Assembly: GCA_014729395.1 (NCBI GenBank)
Contig: WJJZ01000010.1
Coordinates: 220,544 to 284,543 of the forward strand
Direction of reading: 5' to 3'
Source of the DNA: Candidatus Magasanikiibacteriota bacterium
GTDB lineage: Bacteria > Patescibacteriota > Patescibacteriia > Magasanikbacterales > UBA922
Length of the DNA: 64,000 bases
Shown here: one piece after another, positions 18,330 through 26,271 of the stretch
Numbering within the stretch: the first letter of the stretch is position 1
How the letters are laid out: each line of letters starts with the position of its first letter
Position numbers and translations under genes: made by a program
The notes under the pieces: generated by a model
The model's input: the letters and a program-made list of their open reading frames with translations, nothing else
Database searches by the model: none
What the model was told of the DNA's origin: nothing

Positions 18330-20315
18330 ATGATTTCTGAAAATAAAATAATAATTTTGCTTAAAAAAAAGAATTTTTTTTTATTCTTATCGATCATTTT
18401 TATATTGCTATTGTTTCCAGCGACAAGCTTTGCACAAGCCGACACCGATAAGTTGCAGGAGAATATTCGTGCCCCGGAACCGACTGTGAATATACCGGGG
18501 CTGGAATTCAGTGATGCTGATTTGGAAGAATTACAAACTCAAGATGTCGGTCCTTTTGGGAAACTGAATACTTATTATTATTTCCCGTATTTAGGTGAAT
18601 ATCTAGCTGCTGTTTACCGGTATGCTGTAGGGGCAGCGGCTATAATAGCTGTAATTATCTTAATAATATCCGGTTTGCAGTGGGCATCTTCGGCTGGTAA
18701 TGATGATACAATAAATTCGGCTAAAAAAAGAATAATTGGTGCTGTGATAGGTCTAATAATCTCAGTTGGTTCATACTCAATTCTTTATATAATTAATCCA
18801 AACCTGGTTGAATTTAAAAATTTAAAAGTGTTGAAAGTAGAAGGACAAGAAATAAATGCGGAAGGTCCTGTGGATGAAGAACAAACCCTTACTTTGACCG
18901 AACCAAGCGATGCAAATATAAGCTCTATCCAGGGCAGGACACTACGGGTTTCCAGCCCGAATAGTTTCTGTTTTCCGCTTTTGGAAGATGGTTATAGATA
19001 CAATACACAAAATTGGGGGCAAAGAAGAAAAAGAAAAATTGACACAGATTACAAGCGTTGTCATTCGGGAGTTGATTTATTGACAGAAGGTAAAGAAGGT
19101 AAAGGAACTGTAATCTCTATGACCAATGGCGAAGTGTTTTTTATAACAAGAGGTTTTTATACTTGCTATGATGGCAAAACAACCAAAACAAATCCGGGCG
19201 AGGGAGAAAAAGTTGGGGCCATTTATATTTATGATTCTTATAACGATCTGACCTATATATATGGAGAGGTAAACGCCTCTTCGATAAAAGTAAAAAAAGG
19301 TGACCGGATTAGAAGAGGACAAATTCTGGGTACAGCTTCCAAATGCAACATGCTTCACTTAGAAATATACAAAGGAAAAGGCAGAAGAACGGGAGATAAA
19401 ATGTCTGTTGAAGGCTACACTAAAAAGAAAAGCGGCTGGTATATATTCGAAGACTTGAAAGATTCATTGGACCTACCTGATTCGATTGCAATAGCCGGCC
19501 GAAGCGGATGTGCTCAACCGCCATATGTAAATATTTTGGATGAAGTAAACTCGGCCCTTCTTGATCCAAGACAATTTCTCTCAGACATAAAAGGTAATTA
19601 TTGTGACCCCAATACATATTACCCTCCCGCCGGTGATAACAATATAGAAAATATTATAAATACTTTTGCCTTATGCGAAGGAATAAAACCCGCTGTTTTA
19701 CGTCAAATTGCCGAGTATGAAAGCCAATTAAGTCCAACCGCAACCAGAGGTTCGAACTATGTTGGTCTGTTTCAAGAATCCATAGACTATTGTAAGATTG
19801 GATTATACAAAGCAGGCTATACAATAGGGCCAAATAATGATACCTTAAAATCGGAATATATAAATCTTGGTTATAATTGCAGTTATGATTCGAAAGAAAA
19901 ACTCAGTGGCCGATTTGACCCTGAAACCAACACAGCTGCCGCTGCAGCCAATCTATATTCATATTTACAAGATATAAAAAGAAAATGTTCAAATATAACA
20001 GCCTATAATGCGGTTACATTATTATATGTTGGTCACAACAACGGTAGCGGAGTTATGCAGCATGTTTTAAACAATAGTGCCGGTAACTGCAGTGACAGTA
20101 ATATCAGAAAATATGTAAGAGACTTTTATATAGAGCGAGGCGGTGAGTTTCGTGGTGTGAGCACAAGTGAAGGAGAGCAAAAATATATCAATGGCAAGGA
20201 AAACATAGCAAACCCTCTTTATGGAAACAATCAAAATGCAGGTATAGAAGATTTGGTAATAGAAAAAAACTTGAGTAACTGCCCGATACAGACAAAACAA
20301 AGAGTTAACCAATAA
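18330..20315 (+). CDS. Secreted Cys-rich multidomain cell-wall hydrolase: signal peptide + same two-TM pilin-like module + M23/LytM-like peptidase domain + SLT domain
   Basis: N-terminal 130 aa ~80% identical to preceding ORF; M23 HxxxD (CHSGVD) with second motif LHLEI (possibly degenerate HxH); SLT motifs EYESQL...GLFQ...LYVGHNNGSG. Confidence 0.75.
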   Translation: MISENKIIILLKKKNFFLFLSIIFILLLFPATSFAQADTDKLQENIRAPEPTVNIPGLEFSDADLEELQTQDVGPFGKLNTYYYFPYLGEYLAAVYRYAVGAAAIIAVIILIISGLQWASSAGNDDTINSAKKRIIGAVIGLIISVGSYSILYIINPNLVEFKNLKVLKVEGQEINAEGPVDEEQTLTLTEPSDANISSIQGRTLRVSSPNSFCFPLLEDGYRYNTQNWGQRRKRKIDTDYKRCHSGVDLLTEGKEGKGTVISMTNGEVFFITRGFYTCYDGKTTKTNPGEGEKVGAIYIYDSYNDLTYIYGEVNASSIKVKKGDRIRRGQILGTASKCNMLHLEIYKGKGRRTGDKMSVEGYTKKKSGWYIFEDLKDSLDLPDSIAIAGRSGCAQPPYVNILDEVNSALLDPRQFLSDIKGNYCDPNTYYPPAGDNNIENIINTFALCEGIKPAVLRQIAEYESQLSPTATRGSNYVGLFQESIDYCKIGLYKAGYTIGPNNDTLKSEYINLGYNCSYDSKEKLSGRFDPETNTAAAAANLYSYLQDIKRKCSNITAYNAVTLLYVGHNNGSGVMQHVLNNSAGNCSDSNIRKYVRDFYIERGGEFRGVSTSEGEQKYINGKENIANPLYGNNQNAGIEDLVIEKNLSNCPIQTKQRVNQ

Positions 20316-20319
20316 AAAA

Positions 20320-21651
20320 ATGAAAAAAAACTTTATATTTGAATGCAAGCACTGCGGCGCTCAATTCCAAAAATGGATTGGGCGTTGTTTGGAGTGTGGC
20401 AAATGGGGAACGATCGAACAACTAACAACGAATAATAAACAATTAGCAAAAACTACTCAGCAACACGCCCCGACTAAAACCCAAGTATTATCAGATATGA
20501 AAGGCAAAGATATAAAACGATTGGATAGTAATATTTCTGAATTAAATCGTGTATTAGGAGGAGGTTTAATTCCCGGTAGCCTTATTTTGCTTGGGGGTGA
20601 GCCAGGTATTGGTAAATCTACTCTTTCTATACAGCTAGCAACCATTATTCCTGAGAGTCTTTATATTTCCGGTGAAGAATCAGTAGAACAAATTAAACTA
20701 AGGTCAGATAGATTAAAATTAAATTCCACTAATTTAAAATTGGCAAACACAACAAATATAGAAAGTATTATTGCGACTATTGAACAAGAAAAACCAAAGC
20801 TTGCAATTATAGATTCCATACAAACAATGTATTCCCAAGACGTCAGTGGTGAATCCGGTAGTCCCAATCAAGTTAGAGCTTGTACAACCAAACTTTTGGG
20901 AGCGGCAAAAAAAACTAAGACAGCTATTGTGATAGTGGGACATGTGACCAAAGAAGGTTCGGTTGCCGGGCCCAAAACTTTGGAACACCTAGTAGATACT
21001 GTTCTCTATCTTGAGGGTGACAGATACCACAGCTACAGAATTTTAAGAACTGTAAAAAATCGCTTCGGCTCAACCGATGAAGTGGGTATTTTTGAAATGA
21101 CAGAAAAAGGCCTAAAGGAAGTGGCAAACCCATCAGAAAGTTTTTTAAAAGAGAGAGGTGAGGAAATGCCGGGAAGTGTAATAACCTGTTTAATGGAGGG
21201 AACGAGACCGATCTTGGTAGAAGTTCAGGCCTTGGTAAATAAAACCAGTTTTGGTTATCCGGTTAGAAAATCAAGCGGTTTTGACTTAAACCGTCTACAT
21301 GTTTTGATAGCCGTTTTACAAAAAAGAGCCGGATTAAATCTGGCTCAATATGATGTTCACCTTAATATTGTCGGCGGCCTAAAAGCCAATGAACCGGCCG
21401 CTGATCTGGCCGTATGTATGGCTGTTGCCAGTGCTTTCAAAGATAAAAATTTGAGTACAAATCTTGTCAGTTTTGGAGAAGTCGGTCTGGGTGGAGAAGT
21501 ACGATCTGTTAGCTTTTTGGAAAAAAGAATCAAAGAATGCAAGCAACTCGGTATGAACACTATTATTACTCGCTTAAAATCAAAAAAAACTTCCTCTAAA
21601 ATAAAAATCCTAAATGTAAAAAATATCAAAGAACTGATTAATCATACATAA
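20320..21651 (+). CDS. radA: DNA repair protein RadA/Sms
   Basis: N-terminal C4 zinc finger CKHCGAQFQKWIGRCLECGKWG, Walker A GEPGIGKST, Lon-like C-terminal domain. Confidence 0.9.
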   Translation: MKKNFIFECKHCGAQFQKWIGRCLECGKWGTIEQLTTNNKQLAKTTQQHAPTKTQVLSDMKGKDIKRLDSNISELNRVLGGGLIPGSLILLGGEPGIGKSTLSIQLATIIPESLYISGEESVEQIKLRSDRLKLNSTNLKLANTTNIESIIATIEQEKPKLAIIDSIQTMYSQDVSGESGSPNQVRACTTKLLGAAKKTKTAIVIVGHVTKEGSVAGPKTLEHLVDTVLYLEGDRYHSYRILRTVKNRFGSTDEVGIFEMTEKGLKEVANPSESFLKERGEEMPGSVITCLMEGTRPILVEVQALVNKTSFGYPVRKSSGFDLNRLHVLIAVLQKRAGLNLAQYDVHLNIVGGLKANEPAADLAVCMAVASAFKDKNLSTNLVSFGEVGLGGEVRSVSFLEKRIKECKQLGMNTIITRLKSKKTSSKIKILNVKNIKELINHT

Positions 21652-21654
21652 AAA

Positions 21655-21682
21655 AAGACCCGCAAAAAGCAGGTCAAGCTGG
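21655..21682. terminator. Bidirectional rho-independent terminator
   Basis: AAAAAAAGACCCGCAAAAAGCAGGTC; on minus strand GACCTGC-TTTTT-GCGGGTC followed by T7; serves radA and the convergent small gene. Confidence 0.55.
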
Positions 21683-21693
21683 AGTAAAAATTT

Positions 21694-21951
21694 TTACGTT
21701 TTTGGCCTACCGGATTTTCTCTCCGCCATGCCATCATGGTAATCAACCGCACAACCATGAAAAGGTGTTATTGCATCTACACCTTCTATCTCAATACCGA
21801 ATTCACTTACGGCCCTTTCGGCCGATACTGTGAAGGATCTCCCGTCTTCATAAGTTATTTCTACCCGCGTCCTCCTCTTATCTACCCAACGATACCTGTA
21901 GCTCCTTTTTGGTGACTCTTGAACCAGACTTAGCTGACGTTTCGCACTCAT
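21694..21951 (-). CDS. Hypothetical small basic protein (85 aa), high-GC islet gene
   Basis: Strong SD GGGAGGTG 6 nt upstream of ATG; own promoter TTGAAA-17-TAAGTT at 21985-22013; local GC far above window background. Confidence 0.5.
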   Translation of the reverse strand: MSAKRQLSLVQESPKRSYRYRWVDKRRTRVEITYEDGRSFTVSAERAVSEFGIEIEGVDAITPFHGCAVDYHDGMAERKSGRPKT

Positions 21952-22012
21952 ATTGCACCTCCCTATTTAAAAAAGACCATAAACAACTTATCATAAAATA
22001 AATTTTTTTTCA

Positions 22013-22046
22013 AGATTTAAAAAACCCCTTTCACAAAAAAGGGGTA
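22013..22046 (-). terminator. Rho-independent terminator of the 107-aa islet gene
   Basis: Minus-strand ACCCCTTTTTTTGTGAAAGGGGTTTTTT hairpin + T-run. Confidence 0.5.
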
Positions 22047-22061
22047 CATTTAGGATGATTC

Positions 22062-22382
22062 CTATCCGGCAACAGAATCTACTGATATGTTCCCGACAAT
22101 TCGAAATCTTGCCCTCCCATTGACAATTTTTTCCAAACCATCGCTGCCAACGGCATGGATCAATTGTTCTTTTAGTTTCTCAAGGTACAGGCAGTTGCAT
22201 CTTGAGACTCTCTCGGCCACCCAGGTTCCCTCCTCGTTTGGCGAGAGTTTATTATCAGACATCTCAATATCCAGATCAACGTTGTTTTGGAGTATCTCAC
22301 GAACGATACCCCTGTGCCCTTCTTCTACAAGGTCGCTTATTCTGGACATTATTTGTGCCCAATCACCGAGCAAAACTTGCAT
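22062..22382 (-). CDS. Hypothetical acidic protein (107 aa), high-GC islet gene
   Basis: Start refined to ATG (MQVLLGDW...) preceded by GGAGGAAAGC; track start upstream lacks RBS. Confidence 0.5.
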   Translation of the reverse strand: MQVLLGDWAQIMSRISDLVEEGHRGIVREILQNNVDLDIEMSDNKLSPNEEGTWVAERVSRCNCLYLEKLKEQLIHAVGSDGLEKIVNGRARFRIVGNISVDSVAG

Positions 22383-22404
22383 GCTTTCCTCCCTGAAAGC
22401 GAAT

Positions 22405-22551
22405 TTAACGATCAAGAATCCTTTTCATGCCCGGTAAATCGGCAAAGGTTGTTCTGGGTACTTCTGACCCAAACCCTCTTTTATCAAGGGGTCTCTGTTT
22501 TTCTTTACTGCCATTCTTTCGAGTCTGCTTCTTCTGTTTCTTGCGTTTCAT
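22405..22551 (-). CDS. Hypothetical very basic 48-aa protein (MKRKKQKKQTRKNGSKEKQRPLDKRGFGSEVPRTTFADLPGMKRILDR), first gene of islet operon
   Basis: Not in ORF track (<60 aa); ATG at 22549-22551 preceded by AGGAGGTG; promoter TTGAAA-16-TATAAT at 22598-22625; stop 22 nt before next gene start. Confidence 0.4.
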   Translation of the reverse strand: MKRKKQKKQTRKNGSKEKQRPLDKRGFGSEVPRTTFADLPGMKRILDR

Positions 22552-22640
22552 CTGCACCTCCTATGCACTTTTCCGGTAAAAAAAGAAGTCGAAAACAATT
22601 ATAGCATAATAATATATTTTTTCAAGATTTGTAAATAATA

Positions 22641-24704
22641 TCACTCCAGATGGACTTTTTCTTCCCAATCGGCTATTTTTTCCTTTAAACTGGGATATTT
22701 TTTAAAATCTATACCTCTTGCAATATCTCGTGACATTTTGATTAAAGCAACATCTCTCATAGTGGCCAATCTAAAATTCATCATTCCACTTTGAGCCACA
22801 CCATATACATCTCCCGGACCGCGTAATTTCAAATCATATTCAGCCAACTTAAAACCATCATTTGTGCTTTCAAAATACCCTAATCTTTTTTGAGCTTTTT
22901 CAGAATCACTGTCAGTGAATAAAAAACAATAAGATTGATGACTACTTCTCCCCACCCTACCTCTAAACTGATGCAATTGAGCCAAACCGAATCTCTCCGC
23001 CCCCTCTATCATCATTACACTTGCATTTGGAACATCCACCCCCACTTCAATTACAGAGGTTGAGACCAAAATATCTATTTTTCCCTCGCTAAATTTTTTC
23101 ATACTTTTATTTTTATCATCCGCTTTCATCTTGCCATGAAGATAAGCAATTTCTAAATCAGGAAAAATTTGTTTTGATAGTTTTTCATATTCTGCCATTA
23201 CCGACTTTTTTTCACTTAAGCCGGTACTTACATTCTGCCCTTCCTCTATCAATGGGCAAACAACAAAAACTTGCCTACCCTGTTTGACCTGATCTTTGAT
23301 AAACTCATAGGCTTTTTCACGATTATGCGGATCTACCAGTCTGGTCTTAACCGGTTTTCTACCCTTGGGCATTTCATTTATTATGGATAAATCCAAATCC
23401 CCATAAAGAGTTAATGCAAATGAACGTGGAATTGGGGTAGCTGTCATGGACAAAAAATGTGGCGTGGTTTTTTTATTACCGGATTGTTCTTTTATTTTCT
23501 TCCTCTGTTCAACCCCAAAACGATGCTGCTCGTCTACAATCACAAGACCTAAGTCTTTAAAATTAACCTTATCAACCAGCAAAGCATGAGTACCAACGAC
23601 AATATCCACATCACCGGATTCTAACAAAGATATAAATTCTTTCTTGGAAGCTTTTTTATCATTTATAATCTTTTGAGTTCTTGTAAAAAGCCCGATTTTT
23701 AAATTATCATTAAACAAGTTTAACAACGATTCGAAATGCTGTTTAGCTAAAATTTCCGTTGGTGCCATCATAGCGGTTTGAAAATCATTCAAAATGCAGT
23801 TGTACATAACAATAGCCGATACCACTGTTTTGCCGGCTCCCACATCCCCCTCCAACATTCTATTCATAGGAGTTCGCTTTTCCAAATCTTGCAATATTTC
23901 CCAAGTAGCGATTTTTTGAGCTTTGGTAAGAGTAAACGGCAAAGCATCGACGAATTTTTTTGTTTCTAATTCTTTAAACTTAATTTGCGGTGCTTGAGAT
24001 TTTTTGATGGACTGGCGGAGTATTTCAGCACGTAACTGCAACAAAAACAATTCATCAAACTTAAGACGTTTTTCAGATTGCGCTAAATCAATTTTATCTT
24101 CCGGAAAGTGAATTCCTTTTATCCCGTCTTTTAGTGGTACCAAGTCGACTTGCTCTAAGATATCATCCGGCAACCAATCGTCTAATTTCTCGGCCATTTT
24201 TATAACTTGACTCATCAAAAATCTAATTTGTTTTTGAGTAATTCCGCTGGTTAAAGAATAAATAGGGACAATTCTGGCTGTATGAGTAGTTCCGGTTTTT
24301 CCCTCCTTTTCGTAGGCCGGACCTATCATCTGCATACCAAACATACTGTCGTTTACCTTGCCTGACAAATAAACCGTATCACCCGCTCTCAGATTTTTTG
24401 TGATAAATGGCTGACCGAACCATACAACTTTAATCCTATCCGTTTCATCAACCACAACCGCTTCGGTAATAATTTTTCTTTTTCTGGGGCTGCGTTTATT
24501 GGCAATCAGCTCTATCTTCCCTTTTACTGTCACTTGTTCTCCGTCCTTCAGATCTTCTATATTGACCGTTTTGCTATAATCTTCGTATCTGAATGGAAAA
24601 TAATAAAGCAAATCTTCAACCGTTTCTATACCAAGACGAGACAACCTTTTTTCCAAGGTCTTCCCAACTCTATTTAATTGTCTAACTTTTGTGTTCAATT
24701 GCAT
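22641..24704 (-). CDS. recG: ATP-dependent DNA helicase RecG
   Basis: Wedge/OB N-terminus, helicase motifs DVGAGKT, DEQH (VVDEQHRFGV), 687 aa. Confidence 0.9.
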   Translation of the reverse strand: MQLNTKVRQLNRVGKTLEKRLSRLGIETVEDLLYYFPFRYEDYSKTVNIEDLKDGEQVTVKGKIELIANKRSPRKRKIITEAVVVDETDRIKVVWFGQPFITKNLRAGDTVYLSGKVNDSMFGMQMIGPAYEKEGKTGTTHTARIVPIYSLTSGITQKQIRFLMSQVIKMAEKLDDWLPDDILEQVDLVPLKDGIKGIHFPEDKIDLAQSEKRLKFDELFLLQLRAEILRQSIKKSQAPQIKFKELETKKFVDALPFTLTKAQKIATWEILQDLEKRTPMNRMLEGDVGAGKTVVSAIVMYNCILNDFQTAMMAPTEILAKQHFESLLNLFNDNLKIGLFTRTQKIINDKKASKKEFISLLESGDVDIVVGTHALLVDKVNFKDLGLVIVDEQHRFGVEQRKKIKEQSGNKKTTPHFLSMTATPIPRSFALTLYGDLDLSIINEMPKGRKPVKTRLVDPHNREKAYEFIKDQVKQGRQVFVVCPLIEEGQNVSTGLSEKKSVMAEYEKLSKQIFPDLEIAYLHGKMKADDKNKSMKKFSEGKIDILVSTSVIEVGVDVPNASVMMIEGAERFGLAQLHQFRGRVGRSSHQSYCFLFTDSDSEKAQKRLGYFESTNDGFKLAEYDLKLRGPGDVYGVAQSGMMNFRLATMRDVALIKMSRDIARGIDFKKYPSLKEKIADWEEKVHLE

Positions 24705-24800
24705 ATTTATTTATTTTAGCAAAAACTTTATAAAAAAGAAAAACCCAAGCATTTCTGACTTGGGTAACTATATCTTGAGGCTTCATTTTAATTATTGAAA

Positions 24801-25091
24801 TCACTCCATCATGACAATCTCACAATGACAATACAAAGAGCCCTGCACTTCTTTTATTGCATCGGTGAGAGTCCGTCTATTACCATTAAAATATTTTGGG
24901 CCAATCTCACCTTCGGTTACCATTTTATTCGCTATCTTGTACGCCAACCGATAATTATCCTCAGAGTCATCAAGCCAGACGACATCATCACACATTTCAC
25001 ATCTGGTTAGTATTCCGGCCATTATTGCAATCTCTTCAACTATATCCTGCTCAGCAAACTGAATGTCCAGTAAATCCTTGGCACGCGACAT
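24801..25091 (-). CDS. Hypothetical Cys-containing small protein (96 aa)
   Basis: CEMCDD...CHCE motifs (possible zinc ribbon); lies between recG and the tRNA-Arg repeat block. Confidence 0.4.
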   Translation of the reverse strand: MSRAKDLLDIQFAEQDIVEEIAIMAGILTRCEMCDDVVWLDDSEDNYRLAYKIANKMVTEGEIGPKYFNGNRRTLTDAIKEVQGSLYCHCEIVMME

Positions 25092-25159
25092 GTTTAATCC
25101 TCCCTTATGTAAAAAACTTAACTATCAAACAAAGCTCCAAAATGGAGCCTGTGCACCCA

Positions 25160-25281
25160 CCAGGAATCCCCGCCCGAGGCGGGTGCGCCTTGGGCGCAGA
25201 ACCTACACTTTGTGCTCTCGGCAGGAATCCCCGCCCGAGGCGGGTGCGCCTTGGGCGCAGAACCTACACTTTGTGCTCTCG
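25160..25281. repeat. Two perfect tandem 61-bp direct repeats abutting the 3' end of tRNA-Arg; each unit = copy of last ~24 nt of tRNA (+trailer) fused to GC-rich hairpins
   Basis: Units 25160-25220 and 25221-25281 identical: CAGGAATCCCCGCCCGAGGCGGGTGCGCCTTGGGCGCAGAACCTACACTTTGTGCTCTCGG; contains GAACCTACA...GCTCTCGGCAGGAATC matching the tRNA T-arm/acceptor; hairpins CCCGCC-CGA-GGCGGG and GCGCC-TTG-GGCGC. Confidence 0.8.
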
Positions 25282-25344
25282 GCAGGAATCGAACCTACAT
25301 TGCCAGTTCCGCAAACTGGTGTCCTATCCGTTGAACGACGAGAG
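25273..25344 (-). tRNA. tRNA-Arg (anticodon GCG)
   Basis: Manual fold: acceptor GCTCTCG/CGAGAGC, D arm GTTC-AACGGATA-GGAC, anticodon arm CCAGT-TTGCGGA-ACTGG, T arm GTAGG-TTCGATT-CCTGC; no encoded CCA. Coordinates +/-2. Confidence 0.65.
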
Positions 25345-25390
25345 CTTCAAAAATCGCCTAAATTATAGCCAAAAAAACAAAATCCGTCAA

Positions 25391-25560
25391 TATGATACGG
25401 ATATACGGATAATGCAGATTTACGGATCGTTTGTTGGCAAATTAATATATTATTTACTAAGCAAAAAATATATTTAAATGTATACGGCAAAGCAGAATAA
25501 CCTTTTGAACTATAATAATATTATCCGTAAATCTGAATGCATCTGTAAATCCGTATCATA
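25391..25560. mobile_element. MITE-like ~170-bp element with ~37-nt imperfect terminal inverted repeats rich in TACGGAT heptamers, located in the tRNA-Arg promoter region
   Basis: Left TATGATACGGATATACGGATAATGCAGATTTACGGAT vs reverse complement of right ATCCGTAAATCTGAATGCATCTGTAAATCCGTATCATA: ~85% match; AT-rich 92-nt interior, no ORF. Confidence 0.45.
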
Positions 25561-25563
25561 ATA

Positions 25564-26067
25564 TTAATGTAGCTTCCACACCCTGGCAAACTTGTCACTA
25601 TATGGCTCCTCCTCTTTTTCAATATCTTCTTCCAAATACTGCTTTAGAGTACTTCTTACTTTCAGTGGGTCATTATCTTTTAATGGTATCCTAAGAAGAG
25701 GTCTGGTCGTACTTTTTGTGTCAATAAATAATGACTTGGTTTCAGGCGGATCATAAATTATATAAAATTTTTCCAGTTCATTATATTCATAAAATCTATT
25801 GCCAATCATGATTCCAAGTTCAGAAATTCCAAAAGGAACTTCAGTCGGTTCTTGGTGTGACTGCAAAAAAATAATAATGGAAAATAAAATTATTATCAAT
25901 GAAAACAAGAAATTACCACTAAATACACCGTATAAAACCAGCGCTAATCCCAAAATTATCATAAATATGTACCATCGCCTGCTTCGGTTAAATTTTTCAA
26001 ATTCTTCAATTTTCCAATTATGCAAAATTTTGCCGGTCAATACACTATTTGTAATCTGTTTCGGCAT
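25564..26067 (-). CDS. Hypothetical membrane protein (two TM + C-terminal soluble domain, possibly bacterial PH-like)
   Basis: 167-aa ORF; hydrophobic pair IFMIILGLALVLYGVF / LFSLIIILFSIIIFL. Confidence 0.45.
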   Translation of the reverse strand: MPKQITNSVLTGKILHNWKIEEFEKFNRSRRWYIFMIILGLALVLYGVFSGNFLFSLIIILFSIIIFLQSHQEPTEVPFGISELGIMIGNRFYEYNELEKFYIIYDPPETKSLFIDTKSTTRPLLRIPLKDNDPLKVRSTLKQYLEEDIEKEEEPYSDKFARVWKLH

Positions 26068-26103
26068 ATTTGTATATTATTTTTATTATTCTCTTCAACA
26101 AAA

Positions 26104-26178
26104 GTGGTCGTATCTGGATTTGAACCAGAGGCCTTACGGATGTGAACCGTACGCTCTAACCAACTGAGCTATACGACC
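26104..26178 (-). tRNA. tRNA-Val (anticodon CAC)
   Basis: rc: GGTCGTATAGCTCAGTTGGTTAGAGCGTACGGTTCACATCCGTAAGGCCTCTGGTTCAAATCCAGATACGACCA; cloverleaf with anticodon loop TTCACAT. Confidence 0.85.
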
Positions 26179-26271
26179 TCTAATAGATATATAAATTATA
26201 TCATAATTCAAATAAAATATAAATAAACTCTAATATTGTCAAACCGGACATTTTAGCCTATAATACCGGTC

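Noticed and set aside
25160-25281. Possible CRISPR array
   Set aside because: Only two repeat units, no spacers (units are contiguous), units contain tRNA sequence; no cas genes.
24896-25477. ORF-track reading frames (193 aa, 101 aa) spanning the tRNA-Arg repeat block
   Set aside because: They translate the tandem 61-bp repeats and the tRNA itself (giving duplicated peptide RNPRPRRVRLGRRTYTLCSRQES); artefact of repeat DNA, no RBS.
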